Below are positions 34,649-43,946 of a stretch of 64,000 bases of DNA, one piece after another. This stretch comes from an uncultured Chloroflexia bacterium. Lineage in GTDB: Bacteria > Chloroflexota > Anaerolineae > Anaerolineales > UBA4823. The DNA lies in assembly GCA_963776795.1 (NCBI GenBank), contig CAVZNX010000014.1, positions 94,044-158,043 on the forward strand, written 5' to 3'. The position numbers and the translations under genes are program-made. Position 1 is the first letter of the stretch. Every line of letters starts with the position of its first letter. Under the pieces are notes generated by a model. That model saw only the letters and a program-made list of their open reading frames with translations, ran no database searches and had not been told where the DNA came from.

Positions 34649-37021
34649 TCATGCCCTGACTCGCACCAAAATAGCCGTCCCTGATCCTGGAGAAGCAACA
34701 ATGCTCATCTCTGCCCCGATCATCGCAGCCCGTTCTTTCATCCCAAGCAGCCCGTAGTGGACGCCTCCCCATAGCCCTCCCTGCTCCGACATACCGATAC
34801 CGTTATCTTCGATGCGGACTTCAAGAATACCGTCGTCCCGCTGAGCCGTGACGGTGACATGGTCAGCCTGAGAATGTTTCAAGGCATTGGTAAGCGATTC
34901 CTGGACGATCCGGTAGATCGATGTCGCCTGTTCGTCAGTAAGCTTCAGATCCCCACTCAGCTTATTCCGCCACAGGATGGCGGTATCGTCTGCAGCGATG
35001 TCTTGCATGCTACTGATCAGATCCTGGAGGGCCAGGACCAACCCACGGTCAAGCAAGCTCGAGCGCTGTGCCTTGATGGTCTGCCTGAGGTTGGCGATCG
35101 CCTGGTCTATGAAAGACACTGTCTCCCGGATCGGACCTGGCCAGGCGCTGTTTTACAAAGAACAGGTTCTGCAAGACCGTATCATGCAGATCACGGGCGA
35201 CCTTTTTCCGCTGGTCCTCATCCGAACGCACCATCTGCTGGGTTAATCCCCTCAGTTCTTCCGCATGGATGATATTGGCGATGGTCAAGGCAGCCTGCTG
35301 GCTGACCGTCTCGAGGATCTGCAGATCCTGGCTTGAATAGACTTCTCCTGATGACCGCTCTCCAAGGATCAGCACGCCATACAGGATATCCTGGTGAAGG
35401 ATCGGCACCAGAACCTGGGCCCAGGAATATGCATCCCAACGCTCAAAAGATCCCTGGCTGACCGTATTCCACAGGCTTTGGGCAAGCACAGGCTTGCGGT
35501 AACTGACCAGCGCATTACAGACTTCATCATCCGGAAGGACCGAAAAAGACCCGGCATCCAGACCCTGGCTTTCGAAGTGGTCGCCCGATGCTAAAAGCAG
35601 CTCACTCCTGGAGATGTTCATCTTCTCCGGCAGCATACAGGTCAGCAGGTCAATAAAGTCCTGACGATCAACGGTCTGGGCCAGGCGGCTGGACAGGTCG
35701 GAGGTTACCGAGGTATAGTCATAATAGCTGTCCGTACAGCACCCGGTCGACCTGCATCTGCACCCGTTTCTGCAAGCTGGCTGAGGGTAAAGCGACCAGC
35801 ACACACAGCAGAGATCCTGCGATCACCAGTTGGACCGGCTGGTCAAACAACCTGGATAGTACGCTTAACACACAGAAGGACAGAAGCAGGACGGATAGGA
35901 TCAGTAAGAACAACACCAGCACCCGGTTGATAATAAGATCGACCTTGAGCAGCTTCCGCTGGTAGATCACATAACCATATGCGATCGGGATAAAGATCAG
36001 GGTCAGGCTGCTGATATTGCTCGGAACCAGGATGTATTCGCTCCCAGCTCCAAATACCAGGCGGGGAAAGCCGCTCAATACCAGGAAAGGCAGGAAACCG
36101 ATCAGGGTTCCAAGGAAGACAATATTGATCTGCCTTTTGATATCGCCATCCCTGGTAAGGAAGCGGTTCTTCAGCAGCAAGCCGATATCCACCAGGATGG
36201 ATAAATAAAAGACAATACTGATCACCCTGAACATGGTGGAAGAGGCTGGATTTTGGTTGGCGACTTCCAAAGAACCTGTTCCACGATATAGGCGATCCCC
36301 AGCAAAACCGAAACAGCAAAGGCACCATAGATCAGCAGGCTGCGAGTCCTGGATGAAAAAGAAGGCACCGGGAAATACAGGTGGGCAGCGGTGGCAAAAA
36401 AGATCGCGGCGGTAAAGGAAAGCATCGCCACATTGGGGGCAAACCAGGCGCAGCTCCAGTAACCAGGCCCCGTGGCTGTTAATGCCACACCTGCCAGCAC
36501 CCAGGCGATGCCGACCAGGCGCCCTCTGACCTCGGAAGCTGGAGAAAAGAACAGCAGGACCAATCCAAGCAGGGTAATGATCAGGGAAAGCACCTGAACC
36601 GGGAGGACTTCCAGCAGGTAATTGGGATATTGAAAATAGCTACCCACCCGAACAGGGATCGAAAGGGTTGCCCCACCTCGTTCGATCACATATACGCTCT
36701 GTTTCGCCTGCGCCCTTTGGTCGATGGACCGGGACATTTAGATCTGAAATGATATTTCCATCGATCGAAAGGACCCTATCCCCCACCTGCTAATCCAGCC
36801 TGCTCTCCAGGCCCACCGGGATCAAGGCTTGATATCACCGCGGAGTTCTGCTGGGAGTCCTGGTAGTCCAGCCACACCCCAGTGACCGGCACGAAGATGT
36901 AATAGGCTGCGTTATAGAACACGACCGCACAAATGGCCAGGAGAGCAAATCCGACCAGGAAACCGTTGCTGGTAACGAAACGGATCAGCCTGGGATAGCC
37001 TGGTTCAGGAGGGATCGCCAT
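34649..37021 (-). pseudogene. Sensor histidine kinase: TM anchor, PDZ-like domain, multi-TM block, GAF, HisKA_3, HATPase_c; about 4 frame shifts
   Basis: 36776..37081 has LDPGGPGEQAGL (PDZ-like). 36222..36737 and 35719..36270 are polytopic. 35049..35804 has a GAF-like region plus the H-box ARDLHDTVLQNL. 34649..35119 has the N/G boxes QESLTNALKHS...IEDNGIGM...GLLGMKERA. The start at 37021 overlaps the upstream gene by 17 nt. Confidence 0.75.
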
Positions 37022-37979
37022 CCGGCTCCTCTGACTGGCCAACCCGGTGCCGCTCCAGGAACAGGGCAGGGATCTTTTCAAGGACTTGTTTTTCCGGAGA
37101 ATCCGGAAGGAAGCTCAGCTGCTGCAGGGCACGGCCCTTCCACTCCAACAGCAAGGCGGATATGGCTGTGATAATATCTTTCCGGGTTAGTAGCTCGACC
37201 AGCTGCCCCCTGGTGCTGACGTCCAGGTTGCGAAGCTCTTCCTCACCTTCTGCCAGCAGGTACAGCAGGACTGGCAGGCTGATCTCATGGCTCGCTTCCC
37301 CGTCGGCCTGGCTGAAGATATCCCGGCAGTCATCGAAAAGCTGAAGCATGACCCCAAGGGAAGTGCCATACTCAGCCAGGGCGTGAATCGATCTTTCATC
37401 TGTGGTACCGGCAGCCGCACCAGCCCCCGCCCCTGCCATAAACACGCTGCCTGATTTTAAAATGACCGCTTCCCAGTAATTCATCAACGCCTGTTCCACG
37501 GAAAGCGGCTTATGGAGCAGATCCTGGTGCTGCCCGAACGAAGCCTTGAAACCTGCCTCGGCAAAGATCTGGACCGCGCGGCATGCCCCGCGGGGATCAG
37601 GGATCAAGGACAGGTCGTGAAATGCCTTGAAGACCAGGGAGGTGGCCAGGTTCATTGCTTGTTCCTTCGTTGGCAAGGCTGGCTCCGGCATGAACTGCCT
37701 ATCTTCCAGGTCGTCCAGGATCTCCGAGGCAAGATTGGCGGTGAACCAGGCGCTTGCCACACAGTTACCAGGTTCAGGAGTCCCACCAACTGCCACGCAG
37801 GCGATCACCGGAAGGGCGATCTGCCAGGCAGGTATCTCAGTGATGTGTCCAGCGATCAGCTGAGAACACTCTGGAAAGGTCAGGGCAAGCTCGCAGGAGG
37901 ATATGCGCCTGACTACAGGCTCCGAATAGATGCGAAGGATTTGATCTAGGTCGCGATCATCCACGGTGAATATCTTCAA
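37005..37979 (-). CDS. Polyprenyl synthetase-like (class I isoprenoid synthase fold) protein
   Basis: 324 aa with a TTG start. Two Asp-rich motifs sit in the expected order and spacing: EILDDLEDRQ (FARM-like) and LQLFDDCRDIF (SARM-like). Confidence 0.5.
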   Translation of the reverse strand: MKIFTVDDRDLDQILRIYSEPVVRRISSCELALTFPECSQLIAGHITEIPAWQIALPVIACVAVGGTPEPGNCVASAWFTANLASEILDDLEDRQFMPEPALPTKEQAMNLATSLVFKAFHDLSLIPDPRGACRAVQIFAEAGFKASFGQHQDLLHKPLSVEQALMNYWEAVILKSGSVFMAGAGAGAAAGTTDERSIHALAEYGTSLGVMLQLFDDCRDIFSQADGEASHEISLPVLLYLLAEGEEELRNLDVSTRGQLVELLTRKDIITAISALLLEWKGRALQQLSFLPDSPEKQVLEKIPALFLERHRVGQSEEPDGDPS

Positions 37980-38125
37980 GAAAAAGATGCAGGCTGAAAA
38001 AACCTGCCATTAATAAGGGAAAAATCAACTCACAGGCAAAATCCATTCCTGGATATTGCCAGTGATTGGAATTCAATCGCTTGTTTCGGTTTCCCGTTCG
38101 GGTGCGGTAGCCTAACTTACCGTTT

Positions 38126-38308
38126 TTAAGTGATTGTCCAGGCTACCTTTTTATCGATCTCCCCTTCGGCCATAACGCTCAGGATGGTCATTGCCACAGC
38201 AATGACCGCAGGTGATGTAAGCCGCCGGGGCAGCTGTGCGTCTTTTACTGCCTGCTTGCACGACGCGGTGAATGACTTTGCCAGATCACTGATCTTATTC
38301 TGCTCCAT
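38126..38308 (-). CDS. Small hypothetical protein (60 aa) with one hydrophobic segment
   Basis: GAGGAGG RBS 6 nt upstream of the ATG at 38308. First gene after the predicted promoter. No homology inferred. Confidence 0.4.
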   Translation of the reverse strand: MEQNKISDLAKSFTASCKQAVKDAQLPRRLTSPAVIAVAMTILSVMAEGEIDKKVAWTIT

Positions 38309-38362
38309 CTATGCCTCCTCAGTCCATGCTTTGAAAATACAATATCTGGTAAACCTTCCAAT

Positions 38363-38428
38363 ATTTTAGGTACCCAACCCCAAGCTATCAATCACCAAGT
38401 GTCCCGTGATGGGCGGGACAAATGTCCC
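38363..38428 (-). promoter_or_regulatory. Sigma70-like promoter (TTGATA-N17-TAAAAT) with adjacent operator TGTCCC-N9-CGGGACA-AA-TGTCCCG (perfect 7-2-7 palindrome)
   Basis: On the minus strand, -35 is at 38386-38391 and -10 at 38363-38368. The palindrome is at 38414-38429, with an extra half-site at 38400-38405. It lies between the response-regulator gene and the small-ORF/polyprenyl/kinase operon. Confidence 0.5.
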
Positions 38429-38457
38429 GTCCCTTTTAGGCCGTATAATCTGGCGAT

Positions 38458-39105
38458 CTACTCTGCAGGGATCAATCCTTGCTTACGTGCTTCGTTAATA
38501 GCTGCGATGCGTAAAGATACCCCATCCGAGCGGTCGACCACCAATTTATCGCAGATCGAGACCAGCAGATTCCTGACCCTTTTTTCTGAGACACCCAGGT
38601 TGCTGGCGATCGCCTCGGTTGCCAGGCCCTGGGAAAGCAGGTTAAGCACGGATAATTCCCGGGCAGTCAGCCGATCATCCTCACTGCTATCAAGCAGCTT
38701 GTCAGCAATGGCTGGGGAAAAGAATTTTCCACCCTGGTGGAGTGCCCGTACTGCTAAGGGTATGCTCAATGAAAAATCGTCGGATTTGAGCATATACCCG
38801 CTGGCTCCGGCTTTGACCAGCTCGCGCACCCAGAGACCGTCGTCATAACCGGTCAGGATCAATATCTTGACCTTGGGGTGCTGCTCGTGAAGGGTCTGTA
38901 CCGAGTTGATCGGATCGAAATTATCCAGTGTCATTCCCAGGTCAAGGATGGCAACATCCGGCTTATGCTCGCGCACCAGCTTCAGCAGCTGTGAACCCTG
39001 GTTGGAGGTGGCCACAAGCTGGAAATCTGGTTGCTCATTGAGCAGGTCCGCCAGTGCCTTCAGGATCAACGGGTGATCGTCAATGGCAATGATACGTATG
39101 GTCAT
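38458..39105 (-). CDS. Response regulator, NarL/FixJ family (REC plus LuxR-type HTH)
   Basis: MTIRIIAIDDHPLILKAL...PDVAILDLGM...ILILTGY. HTH LTARELSVLNLLSQGLATEAIASNLGVSEKRVRNL. The ATG at 39105 is preceded by GAGGTG; the TTG at 39123 is less likely. Confidence 0.85.
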   Translation of the reverse strand: MTIRIIAIDDHPLILKALADLLNEQPDFQLVATSNQGSQLLKLVREHKPDVAILDLGMTLDNFDPINSVQTLHEQHPKVKILILTGYDDGLWVRELVKAGASGYMLKSDDFSLSIPLAVRALHQGGKFFSPAIADKLLDSSEDDRLTARELSVLNLLSQGLATEAIASNLGVSEKRVRNLLVSICDKLVVDRSDGVSLRIAAINEARKQGLIPAE

Positions 39106-39389
39106 AAGCACCTCACTAGCCAATAAGTACAGAATACTGAACGTTGAGCAATAGTATTCACGAACAAAAAAACCACGATCAGGCTTATATTAATTATCGA
39201 TGTCTAACCATCAGGGACTGCATCCGAACCTGTAGTGGTTCAGATGGCTGTCGAGCTCCCCTGTTTGTGCGTGAAGCCCGGTCACCGGGCTGCTACTGTA
39301 TCTGACCGTTTGTGGTATTTTTTCCGGTGACCTCCTCAATACTTGCGGATATATTGGTCTAATTCATTACGATAACTTACCCGGACTAA

Positions 39390-39746
39390 TCAATATTTGC
39401 CGAACCTATTCCTGCGGAACGCCAGCACGATCCTGGCGAAAGCGAGCAGCATTTCCTGGTCGGTTTCTGAAAGCTGGGCTGCCACGTAATTCAGTTCATC
39501 CTGACACCGGAATTTCGTCTTGTGTGTGGGCATCCCAGCGGCCTTCAGAACGGTCTCTAGTGGAACTTCCAAGGCATCCGCAAGCGCCTTGCAGCTGGAT
39601 AGGCTCGGATGTTTAGTTTTTGAAGAAAGTAAATTATGAATTGCTGTTTTCGACAAGCCGGATTTCTGGGCGAGTTTTGCCTGAGTTAATTGCTTCTCGT
39701 GTATGATTTTATTGAGCCATTCAGAAAACAGGTCATCTTCCATCAT
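39390..39746 (-). CDS. XRE-family HTH transcriptional regulator (phage-repressor-like)
   Basis: KQLTQAKLAQKSGLSKTAIHNLLSSKTKHPSLSSCKALADALEVPLETV, 118 aa. Confidence 0.75.
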   Translation of the reverse strand: MMEDDLFSEWLNKIIHEKQLTQAKLAQKSGLSKTAIHNLLSSKTKHPSLSSCKALADALEVPLETVLKAAGMPTHKTKFRCQDELNYVAAQLSETDQEMLLAFARIVLAFRRNRFGKY

Positions 39747-40021
39747 GGGCAGATTATGCTACAACGGTGATTTACTTTGGTGACCAGTATGTTCACTTTT
39801 GTTTACTATTTATCCAGTCCTCTGAGCGACGAGACCTGGTTAGCCAGGTGTTCCCCCAAGCAATTGCCCAATCGCATGCTTGGCGTGGTATATGCGAAAA
39901 CATTGGATTTCCTTATCTTGAATCACCAGCTTCACAACATTTATTCCATTATGGTCATCAAGCACATCCATGATCTGGCCAGGATGCAATCATCTTTTCT
40001 TTGAGACCATCGGCTATACGC

Positions 40022-40051
40022 AAAAAAAGCCCCCGACGCATGGTCGGGGGC
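40022..40051 (-). terminator. Strong rho-independent terminator ending the AAA+/vWA operon
   Basis: Minus strand: GCCCCCGAC-CATGC-GTCGGGGGC followed by TTTTTTT, 7 nt after the stop at 40058. Confidence 0.8.
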
Positions 40052-40057
40052 AGAATG

Positions 40058-41632
40058 CTATGCCAGGCTGTACAGCATCTGGCCCAGCTTTTCAGCTAAG
40101 CTTTCCCCATCCTGGCAGTTGACCAGGCGGGTGAACAGCATTTTCAGTTTGGATAGTGTTCCCCTGCCGAGATGGATACCGATCGGTATGAAACCGCCCT
40201 GTTCAAGGCTGCGCAGGTGTGCCTGGGACAGCTCCCAATCAGAAGCACTTTTCGACCTGTAGACCGGTTCACCATCATGGATGATGAGCAGGACACGCAG
40301 GCGTTCAGGCCGCTTGCGCAGCTCTGCTTCCGCCTTACGCAAGCCCCAGTCCAGGTACTCTTTGCTCGCCCAGGCCGTATAGCCTGCGATGAGGGCTTTG
40401 GCAGCTTCCTGGCTGTTGCTCGAAATAGGGACCACTTCAGACACCACCCTTTCGACCGGGATCCGTTCCGGCTGCAGGGATAGGCCACCCCGGTCGAGGT
40501 TATCTTCACCGAAGTAGGCCATGCCAAGAGGGATCCCCGCCTGCATCGCAGCCAGGTAGATGGTCATCAAGGCTTCACGGACCGCGGGTTCATAGAGATT
40601 CATTGAACCGGAACGGTCCACCAGGACGTAGAAAGCCAGGCTGCGGGCTGCTTTTCCTAAGTAAGTGGTGCCAGGTGCGGCGTATCCGGCGTGCGGATCT
40701 CCTGGCGGAAGCTGTACCGGCCATGGTACTCGTGCGGTGCAGGGCGCTGGTCAGGAGCCTGTTCTTTCAAGGCATCAGCCAGGCGTGCAGCATGTGCCTG
40801 GACCCTTTCCTCCAGCTCCAGGTAAGGGGCTGGCTCAAGCGCCTTTTTACTGCTGGGCACAGGTGGCAGGTCGCGGTCTTGCAGGTCACCACCCAGACCG
40901 GGGCTGAGATCGGCAGGTCCCTCTGGGATCGAGCATGGCCTGCCCCCTTTTTTGGGAATTCCACCCGCAGAGATATGCTCCAGGCCAAGGCGAGGCATGG
41001 AGGCGGGTAATGCCTAAGGTTTCCAGGATCTTGCGCCCGGCGGCGATCACCCTGCCGGTATCCGAGGCAGTCCAGGACTGCTCGACCAGGTCCCGGATCT
41101 CCGCCCACAGCTTCTGGCCTTCCTGCGAAACTTTCAGATGGGTGAACATTTCCTGCTCACCGGTGCGCGCATGCGCCCAGCGCCAGGCCAGGCAGCAGGC
41201 ATACGCCTGGAGGTTCGCAGCTGCAGGGACAGCCTTCATGTCGGCATAGATAAAGTCTCCCAGCAAGCGCACCGCTGGTGCGATCCCAGGATAGAGCTTG
41301 CAGATGCCTCGCTCGACACGCTCGTCTTCCAGGATATTCGCGAGTTCCTGCAGGATATTCTCAGACTGGTCCGGCCAATCGCTGGTGAACCAGGCATGCC
41401 CGCATTCATGGGCCAGCAAGCCCTGGGTGAGGCGGAACTGCACATCCACGGGTTGTTCAGGGAACAGCTGCGGGTTGACCTGGATGAGCCGGGTCAGGGG
41501 TGAGTGGGTTCCAGTCCCTTCAGGCTGCAGGCGGATGGTGTAGCGCCGCCCGGAAAGCAGCGCCAGAGCCCATTTGGTGAGCCTCTCGTTGGTGAGGCGC
41601 CAGAGCCACCATAGTTGTCTTTGATCAGCCAT
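40058..41632 (-). pseudogene. HExxH metallopeptidase-like domain fused to a vWA domain (DUF2201-type architecture), 2 frame shifts
   Basis: 40886..41632 has NPQLFPEQP...GLLAHECGHAWFT. The linker is in 40657..40998. Hand translation across 40621 gives LAFYVLVDRSGSM, a MIDAS DxSxS motif, continuing in 40058..40621. The start is 9 nt after the AAA+ stop, with AGGAG. Confidence 0.65.
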
Positions 41633-41641
41633 GGGTAGCTC

Positions 41642-42604
41642 CTAGAGTATCGCCAGGCTGGCCAGGTAATCCTCCAGCCCCTTGAACGAACCCTGGTTGA
41701 TGCGCCCGGTATGGTCCCGCCCACACACGATATCCGCCCAGGAAAGCTTTGCCTGCTGCATGACCCCATCGAGCGTCCTGGTCGTGTTCGATTCGCATTT
41801 TCTGGCCCAGTTGAGGAGTGTGGCCGTGTCGATACAGCCAGGCATCTCTCCATTGGCCATCAACCGGCGGGTCTCCTGGGCCAATTTCACAAGCGATTGG
41901 CTCGTGCCACTGTCCAGGCGGGCAGCCTCCCGCCGCAGCAGGGACAGCTCATCGTCATACTCCAGGTAGTCAAACTCGATCACGGTATCGAACCGCCTGC
42001 GCACCGCTGGGTCAAGGTCGTAGACCTGATAAAGGCGGCCGAAGTTGCCCGCGGCTACGATACGCAGGGTTTTAACCGGGCAGAGCACGACCTCACCTGT
42101 CAAGGGGACCTCAACGACATAGTAGCAGCCTGGCTGATGGACATCCAGTCCCATCTGGCGGCAGGCCTCCCCGGTTTTGGGATTCATCAGGCCCAACAGG
42201 ATGTTCAGGTGGGGACGAGGGATGCGGTTCACCTCATCGATGAACAAAAGGACAGGCTCGAGATTGGCCTGGCGCATGGCGCGCAGCAGGGGTCCATCCA
42301 CCCATTTCCGGCTGCCATCTTCCTGGGGCAGGATCGCCCCAATGAAGTCCAGATCGGTCAGCCCTTCCTTGCCTTCGATCACCACCAGGAAAAAATCCAT
42401 ACTCGCCACCACCTGGTGGAGCGCATACGTTTTTCCTGATCCCGTAGGCCCGGCCAGGAGGATATTATCCCCAGAACCGAGAGCCGCTGCCAGGGCACCC
42501 ACCTGCCATCCAACAAAACCGCTGGCTTGACTAGGCTGTTCGGCCTGTGGCGAAGCAACTCTCTGGTTTGGGATCATCTCCTTCAAGCAGTGTACGCAGT
42601 GCAT
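41642..42604 (-). CDS. AAA+ ATPase, MoxR/CbbQ/NorQ-like (AAA_5)
   Basis: Walker A ILLAGPTGSGKTY. Walker B LLFIDEVNRIPRPHLNILLGLM. DPAVRRRFD sensor/arginine region. 320 aa. Confidence 0.8.
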   Translation of the reverse strand: MHCVHCLKEMIPNQRVASPQAEQPSQASGFVGWQVGALAAALGSGDNILLAGPTGSGKTYALHQVVASMDFFLVVIEGKEGLTDLDFIGAILPQEDGSRKWVDGPLLRAMRQANLEPVLLFIDEVNRIPRPHLNILLGLMNPKTGEACRQMGLDVHQPGCYYVVEVPLTGEVVLCPVKTLRIVAAGNFGRLYQVYDLDPAVRRRFDTVIEFDYLEYDDELSLLRREAARLDSGTSQSLVKLAQETRRLMANGEMPGCIDTATLLNWARKCESNTTRTLDGVMQQAKLSWADIVCGRDHTGRINQGSFKGLEDYLASLAIL

Positions 42605-43212
42605 CCGGATCGGTCAACACCCCGACATTGGTGGGGTGCAGCTCAAGAGCAGCGCAGGGGTACTGCGGACCGATCTGCAAGCCTTCCAACCGGCTGTTGC
42701 CAGGTTCAGGCAGCGCATTTCCATAACGCAGGAAATAGTACAGCTCATCGGCTGCCCGGCATAATGGCTCCTTGATCTCGCCTGCGCGGCCGTGGCGCTG
42801 GTATGCTTCCAGCAGTTCAAGATAGGAGAGCCTGAAATCCATTGCCGTTCCAGGATCCGCCAGGGACTGGATGATCGCCAGAACGCCCAGGTGATAGGTG
42901 ACCTTGCTTTCATCACCATGCGGGACACCACAGTGGGAAGTAGACCAGTCCAGCCAGCATTCGGCGGTGGTGCCGGGGCGGGTGTGCGAGCGCACGATCG
43001 CCCGGACAGATGCACCTGAAGTGGATACTATGGGCTTCCAGTACGCAGCCGTCCAGGGTGCTGAGCAAGGCACGCACCAGGATGGCTGATACAGCTGCCT
43101 TGCCCGTACGATTTCGCCGGGCCGTCCAGCTGTGTTCCTCTCCACCGCGCAGCCAGGGGATATGGTCTTCGACCAGCGGTGTACGTTTTCGAAAAAGCAA
43201 TAATGTGTCCAT
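42531..43212 (-). pseudogene. Hypothetical protein, operon partner of the AAA+/vWA pair; one probable frame shift near 43000
   Basis: The N-terminus from ORF 42913..43212 (MDTLLLFRKRTPLVEDHIPWLRGGEE...) reads as protein-like. The C-terminal two-thirds come from ORF 42531..43220 (HLGVLAIIQSLADPG...YLELLEAYQRHGRAGE...). GGAGG RBS before 43212. Confidence 0.4.
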
Positions 43213-43247
43213 ACAGACATGCCTCCAGTAGATTAGGTTCGGGAGGG

Positions 43248-43331
43248 TTCATCTCCCTTCAGCTGTCAGGGATGGCTCCGAAACAGCCAGAGGGAGATGA
43301 AACATCGAGGCGCACCGGGTTGGTGCGCCTC
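43248..43331 (-). promoter_or_regulatory. Two consecutive perfect hairpins in the intergenic leader between the Zn-finger gene and the next gene
   Basis: Minus strand: GAGGCGCACC-AACCC-GGTGCGCCTC (43307-43331), then TTCATCTCCCT...32 nt...AGGGAGATGAA (43248-43301), then the GGAGG RBS. Confidence 0.45.
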
Positions 43332-43347
43332 ATTGACCCCCGGAAAT

Positions 43348-43854
43348 TTACCAGATGTCTTCTGAAAGCGGCTCTGGAGGCGGCAGACCATGCCGGGCGG
43401 CATGCTTTTTAGCGAACTGCCACCTCAAGACAGCTACCATGCGCTGCCAGTAGTGGGCTGAGCCACCCGCATCACACCGCCAGCCAGCACCGCGCTGGGG
43501 ACTGCCCAGGGAATTATCGAAGGATACCCCTGCATGGCAGACCGGGCAGCGGGCAGGGATGACCGGGTAATATCCTGGCGGAGGGTCTGGGGCCTGTTCG
43601 CCTCCGGCAGCCAGGTTGGCTCGAACCACATCCGCTGCCGGGCAAAGCTCACCCAGGTAGCAGGTACAGGTGCCAGCCTTGCTGACGAAGTGGACCCTGG
43701 GCTGGACATGGCCGCCAAGATCCACGGCATAAAAATAACCGCTCACGGACACGCTGGCTTCCAGCATGGCCCTGTGCAGGGCAAGCCGGTCATACCTCAG
43801 CTGGAAAGCCCTCACCGGTCCGGTTTTGTCATTTTCTTGTGGGTTTGTTTTCAT
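43348..43854 (-). CDS. Cys-rich Zn-finger protein (SWIM-like CxC..C element plus C-terminal zinc-ribbon-like CPVCH...RCD)
   Basis: GTCTCYLGELCPAADVV lacks the canonical SWIM His. CPVCHAGVSF...WRCDAGGSAHYW follows. The ATG at 43854 has a GAGG RBS; the listed ORF start at 43935 is probably spurious. Confidence 0.4.
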   Translation of the reverse strand: MKTNPQENDKTGPVRAFQLRYDRLALHRAMLEASVSVSGYFYAVDLGGHVQPRVHFVSKAGTCTCYLGELCPAADVVRANLAAGGEQAPDPPPGYYPVIPARCPVCHAGVSFDNSLGSPQRGAGWRCDAGGSAHYWQRMVAVLRWQFAKKHAARHGLPPPEPLSEDIW

Positions 43855-43946
43855 GATGATTGCCTCGGATGCCAGGAAACAGGCGGGCAGGATGTGCGCG
43901 CCTGATCCTTTTTTTGGAGATCGCACCGTCCGCACAAATCACGGGA

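Noticed and set aside
39270-39335. Inverted repeats GGTCACCGG / CCGGTGACC and the GCCCGG-TCA-CCGGGC hairpin between the XRE and regulator genes as a riboswitch or attenuator
   Set aside because: There is no U-tract, no known riboswitch consensus and no second occurrence. This is insufficient evidence beyond generic GC-rich palindromes.
39841-39972. Small minus-strand ORF (MDVLDDHNGINVVKLVIQDKEIQCFRIYHAKHAIGQLLGGTPG) upstream of the XRE gene as a HigB/RelE-type toxin with XRE as antitoxin
   Set aside because: It is only 43 aa (about 58 with a hypothetical frame shift). It has no recognisable RelE/HigB/Gp49 motifs and no clear RBS. This is speculation only.
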